Virus record (IMG/VR): IMGVR_UViG_3300030339_000017
Length of the DNA stretch: 64,000 bases
Source: an uncultured virus (IMG/VR IMGVR_UViG_3300030339_000017)
Taxonomy: Duplodnaviria > Heunggongvirae > Uroviricota > Caudoviricetes
Direction: 5' to 3' (one strand)
Position 1 is the first letter of the stretch. Each line of letters opens with the position of its first letter. Below, one piece after another: positions 29,212-38,747 of the stretch. A model generated the notes under the pieces. That model did not search any database and was not told the origin of the DNA. It was given only the letters and a program-made list of their open reading frames with translations. Both the position numbers and the translations under genes were made by a program.

Positions 29212-30213
29212 ATGGATACGGAAAAAGCAGGACGGGGAGACCGGCCTGGAATTCAAAACCTACGCATGGATGTGAAAGACATGCTAAACTATCGTAAGGT
29301 TTTAGAGAGTAAAAGAACTGAAGCATTTGATCGTGGAGATACTGAAAAGTATACAAGATTGAGTAAACAATGCGACGTCATGGATATGGTATTCGATACC
29401 ATTTATATCGCGACCATTGAAGACCAATTGCCTACGTTTAAGGCTTTATTAGGAAGCGATTTCGATATTAGCTCTTTAAAATTAGCGCTACCTGAATATA
29501 AGTCTGCAGAAATTGTGGATGACACACAGGTAAAAATAGAGTTTGTTGAAGAAAAACCAGTAGCAGAAGAGGTTAAGACAGGAAAGCCAAAAGCAAAAGC
29601 TAAGGAAATCCCTGAACCACAGAACTATATGGATCAGATCGAACGACTTATGTCAAAAAATATTGCAGATAATATTTTACCTGCAATTAAATTGTATTTA
29701 GAAAATACTGGAAAGGAATTACTACCAAGTGATGCCTATAAAGAAATCAAAGAACTACTACCGAATTGTCGTATACCACGCGTATATGATGCTTCATTAG
29801 CCTATGATTTCTTACACAATGGTCCATTGTCAGTATTTTGGTTCGTAAAGAAGCATATGCCAGAATTATCTGAAACCGAAGTTGGAAGATTGGTTGAAAT
29901 GGCTGTTTTAAATACAATCGTAAATGAGGAAACTCCATTTACAAAAGCAAAAGAATTAGAAGATTTCTTAAAATCTGGCTTTAGTCGGAAGCAAATTAAA
30001 CTCTGGAAAGAAGATCCCAAAAAGGATGAAGTGGTTAAACTTTATGTGCAGAAAGTCTCTGCAGAGACCCTTAGTACTTTGAAGATGTCTCAAGAAGAGT
30101 TTATTGATAAGCAAATCGGAAGAATTATTGCTGCAATGAGTCCAAGTCTACGGGCCGGGATAGAAAAGAAAAATGGACGTAAGCCATATGTCGAAAATGG
30201 CTATCCTTGTTAA
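29212..30213 (+). CDS. Hypothetical protein
   Basis: 333 aa, preceded by AAGGAGGT. Confidence 0.75.
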   Translation: MDTEKAGRGDRPGIQNLRMDVKDMLNYRKVLESKRTEAFDRGDTEKYTRLSKQCDVMDMVFDTIYIATIEDQLPTFKALLGSDFDISSLKLALPEYKSAEIVDDTQVKIEFVEEKPVAEEVKTGKPKAKAKEIPEPQNYMDQIERLMSKNIADNILPAIKLYLENTGKELLPSDAYKEIKELLPNCRIPRVYDASLAYDFLHNGPLSVFWFVKKHMPELSETEVGRLVEMAVLNTIVNEETPFTKAKELEDFLKSGFSRKQIKLWKEDPKKDEVVKLYVQKVSAETLSTLKMSQEEFIDKQIGRIIAAMSPSLRAGIEKKNGRKPYVENGYPC

Positions 30214-30256
30214 ATTAGGATTTCGACAGTGTAATCAATACATAAAAATAATCAAA

Positions 30257-30661
30257 ATGAAATCATGGATTCTTGGAATTCTATGGTTTTTAACAGTTTC
30301 AATATCAGCATATGCATACAGTGTTAATAACACTAATGTAGTTAAAGAAAATAATTTTGTAGCAGAAAATTCTACCAAAATTGAAGTTCCAAGAATTAAA
30401 TTCTATAGCGATGATGGTTTTGCAAACTGTTTAGACCGGAATAGCCAACAGCAAATAAAACAGATAGTAAATCTGCCGGAAATATGTGTAAAACTACATA
30501 TACGGAAAAGTAAAACTTTACTTAATAAAGATAAAAGTGTAGAATCAGTAGATAGAAATGAATTCGAAGAGCTAGAGACTCTTGATGTTCCGACAGTATA
30601 TCTACAAATAGATCCTATACAAATATCAAATACAGATTTAAATAATTATCTAAATACATAA
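30257..30661 (+). CDS. Secreted or membrane hypothetical protein
   Basis: Likely start MKSWILGILWFL... inside track ORF 30173-30661. Confidence 0.6.
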   Translation: MKSWILGILWFLTVSISAYAYSVNNTNVVKENNFVAENSTKIEVPRIKFYSDDGFANCLDRNSQQQIKQIVNLPEICVKLHIRKSKTLLNKDKSVESVDRNEFEELETLDVPTVYLQIDPIQISNTDLNNYLNT

Positions 30662-30664
30662 ATC

Positions 30665-31021
30665 ATGACTCCTCAAATTCAGGTAATTCGCATGAAGAGT
30701 GCGAGATTAAAAAGGCTTTATGAAGCTAGAATAAAAGCGGCAGAACTCCGATATGTACAATTGTATGGAGATGAATTTCTAACAGATCCGCTAAAAGAGT
30801 TAATAAGTCGTCTTGATTCAAAAATCAAGGTGATAGAGACTGAAATACAAGGAGAAATAAAGACAATCACTGGCTATAATGATAACATACATGTAAAAGT
30901 TCACTACATAAGCCAGGCAGAAATTAAAGCCGGTATATTAAATCTATCATTGGCTGACGATGGTAAAGATTTTCTAGACCTAAACACAGGCGAAATTGTG
31001 TTATATCAATTGATCAGTTAA
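30665..31021 (+). CDS. Hypothetical protein
   Basis: 118 aa ORF. Confidence 0.65.
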   Translation: MTPQIQVIRMKSARLKRLYEARIKAAELRYVQLYGDEFLTDPLKELISRLDSKIKVIETEIQGEIKTITGYNDNIHVKVHYISQAEIKAGILNLSLADDGKDFLDLNTGEIVLYQLIS

Positions 31022-31024
31022 AAT

Positions 31025-32310
31025 CTGGCACCGCAGATATGCGGTTTCAATATATATTCGAATCGAGTTATTATCGAATTAAAATAAGCAGTTAGATAAC
31101 AAAAATGAGATTACCATACTATTTTAGTAGAGATATGTAATTAAAATGCGGCGGGGGGCTGTCGCTATATAAAACGTCCAAAAATAATATGAAGGTTTAC
31201 GTAGTTTCCCCACCTTTAAACAACGCGATAAAGGAAACAGTGTACGCAATAGCATAGTCATATTGCCCGCAGGTTTAAGCTTCTTAGCGAATCAAGAAGT
31301 AGGTGTCTAGGTTTTGAAACCGGCCCAGGCGAAAGCCGATTAAATACGAATTATTAGTACAGTAATAATTAACGGCAATCACGAATCCAAATATTAACTT
31401 TGATTGTGAATGAGTATGCTTCTCTAAAAGCAAGTCGCTAGTGGTGGCGAAGAACATGAACCACAAACAATTCTTTAGAGTACCTTAGAAAAGTACGCGG
31501 CCTTTAATAAAGTAAGACCAAAAGAATAGTAATTAGCAAGAGATGTGAGCCGCAACTCACATAAGCAGCACATATTACAATAAATCAGCCTTCAAGTTAT
31601 GGTTAGTTCATAAATTTCCTATAGGAATAAGGAAGATAATATAGATTAAGATCGTTCATGTTGGATTCGATCACAAAAGAAAAACATGAGCAGGGAGCTT
31701 TGCAGAAGCGAACCGGCTATATAACCAACAGAACTGCAAAAACCCGCGAATCAGGGAATATGATATGCGTGAGCAGAAGCAAATATAGGCTCTTTAATAT
31801 ATTTCAGCCCGACAGAAATATAGATCGTCCTTAAGTGGGACTATACACTTTATTAGTCTATAAATACTACTTATGGACAGCATTTTTAGTAGGTATCTCC
31901 CTATCTCGGAGAATATTGAATAGCGAAAAACATTATGTCTGGTAGCAATGCAAGTAGAAAACATAGAACTACTATAAAAGCTTATGTCTACATTTCAAAG
32001 GATGACACGATCCAGAAGAAATGAAATACGTCCTGAAGTTTAGAATCCTTGGAAATACACGATAAAAACCAAGAAGAACACATGAAAGCAAGCCGGTCCA
32101 AACGGTACACAAACTATTAGTATTCCAATAGGAATAAGGGTAGCCCTTGCCTGATGTTAATAAAAGTAGTCACTAAATAGGGATTAAATGCAAAGTTAAG
32201 AAGTTCTTTAAAAACTTCATGTGCACAATATTCAAGGATTGTCTTAGGAATTTTAGAACACCAATAATTAAAAAAGTTAGGAGCTAATACAAGATTCGCA
32301 CACAATGGTT
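31025..32310 (+). ncRNA. Candidate giant structured ncRNA B (about 0.9-1.3 kb)
   Basis: No plus-strand ORF; dense hairpins; 31046-53 complementary to 31913-20. Confidence 0.55.
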
Positions 32311-33061
32311 TTTATTATATTTTTTCAACAAAAAGTATAAATTAATAAATAACATTTTTATATATTGCAGACAATTGTAGATAAATAAGACTATGAATCT
32401 TATTTAAAAAAGTATATTAAAAATGATAAATTTTGGAGACTCCCATGTTTATAAATCAATTTATTAATATAACATATTAAGAGCGATTTAAACCACTTTT
32501 ATGCAGTTATAGTAACATATATCAGTAAGACGTATAAACTGTCTTAAATCGCATGCAAATGGCCTTATTTGGCCTAAATACAGTTTGAATAGCTCTGTCC
32601 ACATTGAAGAATGCCTATTTCCAAAGCATAGATAAATGTATAGGTTAACTTGAGTAGGTGAAGATCCTACATACTATAGTAAATAGTATAACTAATTATT
32701 TTTATGAAATATAAAAATCAAATAAACACGATTTATGTAAGAACTCGGTAGAGAAAGCTTATATATTAATACAAGAATTACGTATCGTACTATAAAGTTG
32801 ACATTGCGGCTCAGATAGATAACCGAAAGGGTTCAAAACAGGCTGAGAGTTAAGGACGTAATTTATATTTTATATTTTCAGAAACTATCCAATCAAATTC
32901 TTTAAATGTAGTTGGCAGTTATGGAAGCCCATGCGAGTGACAACAGATTTTAGCAATATTATCAAAGAGGGTGCATCATTCCAACAAATTGGATTTTCCA
33001 ATACACAAACAAATTAATTATCAAAATAAGTAAATAATCAATATTAAAAAAGGAGGTCAAA

Positions 33062-33535
33062 ATGAATACAAAGAACACAGCAGCGCGGAAATTATTTATT
33101 GGCGCAGATATTTTCACGTTGAAACAAGTAGATGTAGATGACAATCATGTCCGGAAAGACAAAGAAAATCGTATCGAAGTAAAAGCGACCCTAGTTACAC
33201 CAAAAGTAATTCATGTAAATGAAGTAAAAGGTGTAAAAGGTATGGGTGGACAAGATATCATTATTGTTAATGGTGGAGAAAACAAAATCTCTATCCCAGC
33301 GAATTATCAATTCGTTGAAGATGCAAAAAACTTCGACATTGAGAAAAGCAATGAATCTCGCCCGCAATTTTTCGCAGACCATAAATCAGCCGTAGAAATT
33401 GCAAATGCCCATAATACAGGCGAATTAATTCGCTTGCAAATTATCAAAGAAGATTTGGAAAGCCAAATCAAGGCATTGAAAGATGTCATTAATGCAAATG
33501 TAGCCCAATCCGGTCTATATAGCAACGAAGACTAA
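33062..33535 (+). CDS. Hypothetical protein
   Basis: 157 aa, preceded by AAGGAGGT. Confidence 0.75.
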   Translation: MNTKNTAARKLFIGADIFTLKQVDVDDNHVRKDKENRIEVKATLVTPKVIHVNEVKGVKGMGGQDIIIVNGGENKISIPANYQFVEDAKNFDIEKSNESRPQFFADHKSAVEIANAHNTGELIRLQIIKEDLESQIKALKDVINANVAQSGLYSNED

Positions 33536-33557
33536 TCATTTTAATTCATAATCAATT

Positions 33558-34076
33558 ATGAATAAGGTTAGTTTAAATGAATATGATAAGCACAGACTAT
33601 CTGAGTTAATCATATTCTTACTGGACCCCTCTGGAAAATTTGCAATAAATTCGAAAGGGGAAGTTTATTTCGGTAGAGTAAATTATTTAACGCTAATTTT
33701 TAGCCGAGGAAGTGATGATCATCATGATTTCTACGAAATAATTAAAATGCTGATTAATAAAATCATTGAAATAAAAGGGGAGAGCCCTTTTGTTAGGCAA
33801 TTATGTGACAGCGCTATTGAGTCGTTTCTTGAAACGAATGATAGAGCTACCGTAATAAAATCAATCTATACTGCATATACTTTAACAGAGGAACCGCAAC
33901 AGGGAAGTCAAGAACAAGAGATGCATTTTCCAGAAATAAAGATTGAGACGCAGGAGCAAAGATTACCGCTATTTGGTAGTCATACTATCTTTGAACAACA
34001 AAATAGAACACCAGACTTAGCCCGTGATTTCGCAGCATTATTAAATCAGGCAAGAGTGGTTTTCATTAAAGAATAA
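33558..34076 (+). CDS. Hypothetical protein
   Basis: 172 aa ORF. Confidence 0.7.
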   Translation: MNKVSLNEYDKHRLSELIIFLLDPSGKFAINSKGEVYFGRVNYLTLIFSRGSDDHHDFYEIIKMLINKIIEIKGESPFVRQLCDSAIESFLETNDRATVIKSIYTAYTLTEEPQQGSQEQEMHFPEIKIETQEQRLPLFGSHTIFEQQNRTPDLARDFAALLNQARVVFIKE

Positions 34077-34358
34077 TGCATTAAAAATAATATAATAGCC
34101 ACAGGTAACACTTTAAAATCAAGATTTATGTTTATGGGAGTAACATCATAAAAGTAAATATAAAGAATGAATAGCTATACAAAATATATTACAATAATGT
34201 AGCAATAACATATGCATTTGGTTAGTTTTCTTAACCGAAATCAATACACCAAATGCATATGCAAATTGGACTAAGGTAGGGATATTCTTAGCCCAACACA
34301 GGAAGACTTATATACTTTTAGATTAAGTAGTATTAATCAATAAAAATATATAATCAAT

Positions 34359-34823
34359 ATGAAAAACAATAAAAAAACATTGACTCCAGAGGAGTTAATA
34401 ACAGAACGTGTAGCATGCATTTTAGATATTAAACAATTATGGACTATTATTATCAATAATAATATTATTCCAAATGGCATGCAACAAAAATTTAATTTAA
34501 ATGCTGTTTACGAGCAAATTAAAAAAGCTGAAATTAAATTAGTAGAAATTAAAACAGCGATTCAACTTGCTAATTTAGGATTTACTAATCTTACTGAGAT
34601 TCCTGCAAACAATATTCAATCCTCTATTTATCTTCTTCAACAATTGAAAGAGCGAGTAGTAAAATTGAATGCCATTTCTACTAAAAAAGAAGATGGAGAA
34701 TCTGTAGTTCTTACTCGAAAATTCATTAGTAAAGAAATTGAACTATTGAATAATGAAATCAGTAAAATTGAAGAAAAATTAATCGTCTTCAATTCGAAAG
34801 TAAACTTTGAAATAGCAGCATAA
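34359..34823 (+). CDS. Coiled-coil hypothetical protein
   Basis: 154 aa ORF. Confidence 0.7.
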   Translation: MKNNKKTLTPEELITERVACILDIKQLWTIIINNNIIPNGMQQKFNLNAVYEQIKKAEIKLVEIKTAIQLANLGFTNLTEIPANNIQSSIYLLQQLKERVVKLNAISTKKEDGESVVLTRKFISKEIELLNNEISKIEEKLIVFNSKVNFEIAA

Positions 34824-34911
34824 AAAAACAACAAAGAAGTAACGGTGAATATGCCTTCAGAAAGCATAGGTGAGTTCAATCCTCATAACTTTAACAAAAA
34901 GAGAGACAACC

Positions 34912-35187
34912 ATGAAAACGGAACAACTCAAAAAAATTGAAAAATTATTAAAGGATCAAAAGTCTGGTTTTTATAAGTTTATCAAAAAAAATAAAGGACT
35001 AAAGCACCTTATGAGGGACTATATAAAAGGAGATTTAGAGTATTTATATGATTTTTATATCTCTAAAAAAGACCCAGAATGGAATAGAAGAATGGCTACT
35101 AGTATGACCACATTCGATATGGATTGGAACCCATTAGTAGACAAAAAACTTTTAAATAGATTGAATAATGAGACCAATAATAAATAG
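34912..35187 (+). CDS. Hypothetical protein
   Basis: ATG at 34912 within track ORF 34870-35187. Confidence 0.55.
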   Translation: MKTEQLKKIEKLLKDQKSGFYKFIKKNKGLKHLMRDYIKGDLEYLYDFYISKKDPEWNRRMATSMTTFDMDWNPLVDKKLLNRLNNETNNK

Positions 35188-35788
35188 TATTAAAAATTAT
35201 ATCAGCAGAAAATGTGCTAGTATAAAATACCAATTAGACTTCCTAAAAGTTTTAAATTCGCCATTAAAAGGATTAAGACTTAGATGGTATTTTGGAAAGA
35301 TTCAAGTTGGTACGCCGTATTTTCTACCAAGAAAGTGGGTAAAAATGACTAAGGTCGATTGCGAGGAATCTTTGAATAGAGATATAAAAGGATGTTTACC
35401 GCAATATACTCAAAATAGAACCTGGGAATATTATAAAAACCATAAAAAACCAGTGCCTATTAAATATTTTGGATTTCATTTCACAACACTTGGTTGGAAA
35501 ACTAAATGGGACAATTACAGATTTGAATGGAACCCAATATTATCAATAGTAATTTTTGGAAAACAATTAGCTATTTGGATTAAACCGAATATAGATCCAA
35601 AATGCATGGATGGTATTTACTGGGAAGTCTGGTTAAATTATGAATATAAAACCAATAAACTATTAAGTAAAAAGAATAGATTATTGCAATTAAAAAAGAT
35701 GTATTCATGCACATGGGGAAGCAACAAAGATGGATATATAGATTATTATCCTTACATATTAAAAAAGAAATACAATGAGACCAATTGA
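35168..35788 (+). CDS. Hypothetical phage protein
   Basis: 206 aa, aromatic-rich. Confidence 0.7.
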   Translation: MRPIINSIKNYISRKCASIKYQLDFLKVLNSPLKGLRLRWYFGKIQVGTPYFLPRKWVKMTKVDCEESLNRDIKGCLPQYTQNRTWEYYKNHKKPVPIKYFGFHFTTLGWKTKWDNYRFEWNPILSIVIFGKQLAIWIKPNIDPKCMDGIYWEVWLNYEYKTNKLLSKKNRLLQLKKMYSCTWGSNKDGYIDYYPYILKKKYNETN

Positions 35789-36257
35789 AAGAATAGATAA
35801 CTTTATAAGAAAAGTTGATTGGGAGAAACTTTGTGAAAAGTGGGATATAGATCCAAAAAGAAATTTCTTAAACAAGAAATATTTATCTTATTGGAAAAGC
35901 CACCCAGATCAACGAATAGGCCAGGTTTTAATTAACTTAGGACTAATTGACGATTCAATGGAAAGATGGTGTATAGAAGAACATGATTTATTAATCGAAC
36001 AGGGAATACAACCTGAAGATTGTATCTACTGGACTTCGATATATGATAAAGATGGCAATGTGTTAGATGAACCTTCAACTAGATTAATCAATACATTATC
36101 AAAAGATCATGTAAAAAATATATTAGATTTCATGGAAAAACATAATGGAAGAATATCAGCGAATACAGCTCTTGCATTTCAAAATGTTTTAAATAAAGAA
36201 GAGATAACTTTTGATGAAAATTCAGAAGTACCAGAATATCTGCCAATGGCAGCGTAA
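35775..36257 (+). CDS. Hypothetical protein
   Basis: MRPIERID...WKSHPDQRIGQVL. Confidence 0.7.
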   Translation: MRPIERIDNFIRKVDWEKLCEKWDIDPKRNFLNKKYLSYWKSHPDQRIGQVLINLGLIDDSMERWCIEEHDLLIEQGIQPEDCIYWTSIYDKDGNVLDEPSTRLINTLSKDHVKNILDFMEKHNGRISANTALAFQNVLNKEEITFDENSEVPEYLPMAA

Positions 36258-36313
36258 TACAAATCATATCAAAATATATCAGAACTAATTTTTAACTTTA
36301 AAGTAAAAATAAA

Positions 36314-36880
36314 ATGCTGATAGAAATAGATTTGGAAGAGGCGAGACGTCTCAAAATCAACATGAATCAGTTCGTATTAATAAGTTTATTAATGTCAAAT
36401 AGCGATATCAAATCGCTGCTGGATGTTATCCCCATCAGCGAAGATGACGTAAATAAACTTATATCAAAAGATATATTAACAAAAGAATCAGTTTTTGATT
36501 CGAAAGATTTTTCAAAATTAATCATAAATGACGACTTTAAAAATAAAGTAAAAGTCAAGGATTTCTTTACTGAATTCTTTGATGCTTACCCAGCTTCAGT
36601 AACACGTACTGATGGACTTAAAGACTATTTACGGGGAGATATATCTCGTTGTAGAAAGTATTATACTAAGGAAGTTGGAAATATTCGAAGCAAACATGAC
36701 CACATGATGGAGTGTTTAAAATTCGAAGTAGAAGCAAGAAAAAGAGCAGGATCATTAGGATACATGAAAAGAATGTCCAAATGGCTACTTTCAGAAGAAT
36801 GGCTTCTTTATGATGAATTTATGAAAGATAAGAAGATACAAAAACAAGCAGGAACAATATATGGAACAGATATCGAGTAA
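36314..36880 (+). CDS. Putative replisome organizer / helicase loader
   Basis: FFTEFFDAYP...YMKRMSKWL..EEW; overlaps DnaB start. Confidence 0.6.
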   Translation: MLIEIDLEEARRLKINMNQFVLISLLMSNSDIKSLLDVIPISEDDVNKLISKDILTKESVFDSKDFSKLIINDDFKNKVKVKDFFTEFFDAYPASVTRTDGLKDYLRGDISRCRKYYTKEVGNIRSKHDHMMECLKFEVEARKRAGSLGYMKRMSKWLLSEEWLLYDEFMKDKKIQKQAGTIYGTDIE

Positions 36881-38118
36881 GAAAGTACTTGGATATAGGC
36901 ACATATCAACTGCTACAAATGAAATTGTTAATTATATTCAAGATAGACGTAAAAAACGAGTAAAATCACTTGCTACACGATGGCCTAAGTTTAATAGACT
37001 AGCCATGGGTGGTATAGAGCCAAATGTTATATATACTATAGCAGGAGTCTCTGGAAGTGGTAAATCTTCGTTTGTTAATACATTAGAGACTGATTTAATA
37101 GATCTAAATCCAGATGAAGACATTGTCATACTTAGTTTCAGTTTTGAAATGCTAAGCTCAAGACAGGTCGGAAGAAAACTATCATATAAGCTAAAAAAGA
37201 CTACTTCTGAATTATACAGTGCCTCCGAAAAGGGACTTGTTACAGAAGAAGAATATGCAGATGTAGAAAAGGAGGCGAAATCCATAATGAACTATCCAGT
37301 TTATTATGTCGATACTCCTGGGAACGTGCAAGAAATAGCAAATACAATAAAATTCTTTCAAGATACATTTGCAAAAAACAAATGGCTTGTAGTTATCATA
37401 GATCATACCTTATTGATTAAGGGAAGTGGAACTGGTAATGAAAGAGAAATCATAGTGGATTTAGAAAAAGAACTAATAGGAGCAAAGAAAGTTGGTAAAA
37501 CTTCTATTATACAAATATCACAAATGAATAGAAATATTGAATCTCCCGAGAGACTGAATAATAATTCATTGCATTATCCTCAGCGCAGCGATTTGTCATC
37601 AAGCGATGCAGTATTTCAAGGATCTGACTATGTAATAGTAATACATAGACCAGAAGTTCTTGGTTTGCTATCTTATGGATATAATAATCTTCCTGTAAAG
37701 GATTGCATATACCTTCATTTTCTAAATAAATGGAACTTTGCTGCGTAATCAGCATCGAAAATTTGGTGAATTGCTGGAAAATCCTGAAGAGGACAATCAG
37801 CAGCCAAGACTTATTTTAAATGGATAAGTAAGGTTCAACGACTAGATATTGAAACTGTTAAATACAGAATATATATATATCCACGAGCGCCAAACACCCT
37901 ACATGGGTGATGATATAGTCTGAACTGCAAATATAACAAAAGAAATTGCAGATATATAGGATAAAGAGCCTATATGATAACAAATTTGAAAAAATAGAGA
38001 AGGCGATATAAAGATCCTCAAGTTTATAAATGATTTAAAATATAATAATCTAAAAGAACCAGAAGAAGAGGATGAAAAGACAATAGGCCAACAATCATTA
38101 GAATTTGAAAAAAAATAA
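36861..38118 (+). CDS. dnaB: DnaB-like replicative helicase, spliced (36861-37723 + 37989-38118, 330 aa)
   Basis: GVSGSGKS, IIDH, SQMNR, SDL; splicing restores YLHFL-KNREG. Confidence 0.9.
37724..37988 (+). mobile_element. Group I intron without ORF (265 nt) in dnaB
   Basis: Exon ends in U with P1 (ttct/ggaa); core aattgctggaaa, aatcagcag, ttcaacgactaga, gatatagtc; terminal G. Confidence 0.9.
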
Positions 38119-38122
38119 AATT

Positions 38123-38656
38123 ATGGATAACAAAAATAAATTTGCAGTTAAACTGCCATCATTTCTTAACGACATTAATTTATTGTATAAAACTAGTTTA
38201 GTAGATACAATTATTGATAAGTATCCACATTTAACTATGGCCGGTATTGATACCCCATACGAAACATCACGTGGAAATAAGATTAATGGTGTTGAAAATG
38301 CAAAACCAAACGATTATATTACCTTTGGAACCTCTCGTACACATGATGTGAATTGGATGAGCAAAGGAGAAGAAGATACATTTAATTATTTGAATCGTAC
38401 TGGAGTTCCTGTATATGATCTGCAAAAAGATTATAGTAAGGTAATGTACAATTTGGATAAATTTGCGACCGCAAACAAACCAAAAGAAACTTGTAATTGT
38501 GATTATTGCAATTATAATAAAGTACAGAAATTTGATGCTTTTACAAAGGTTGGATATACTATTATTCCAACACCAAAAGTGACTCCAACATATTGCTATG
38601 GATATTTTAATCCATATTATACAGTAAGAGTGACTACAATTAGCATTAAATTTTAA
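38123..38656 (+). CDS. Hypothetical protein
   Basis: ATG at 38123 within track ORF 38105-38656. Confidence 0.65.
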   Translation: MDNKNKFAVKLPSFLNDINLLYKTSLVDTIIDKYPHLTMAGIDTPYETSRGNKINGVENAKPNDYITFGTSRTHDVNWMSKGEEDTFNYLNRTGVPVYDLQKDYSKVMYNLDKFATANKPKETCNCDYCNYNKVQKFDAFTKVGYTIIPTPKVTPTYCYGYFNPYYTVRVTTISIKF

Positions 38657-38747
38657 TAAAACCAAAGACGATCAAATATCAAATAATAACATATAATATC
38701 AAACTTTATCCAATCATGTTCGTTTTTATGTAAAAATAAAAATAGTT

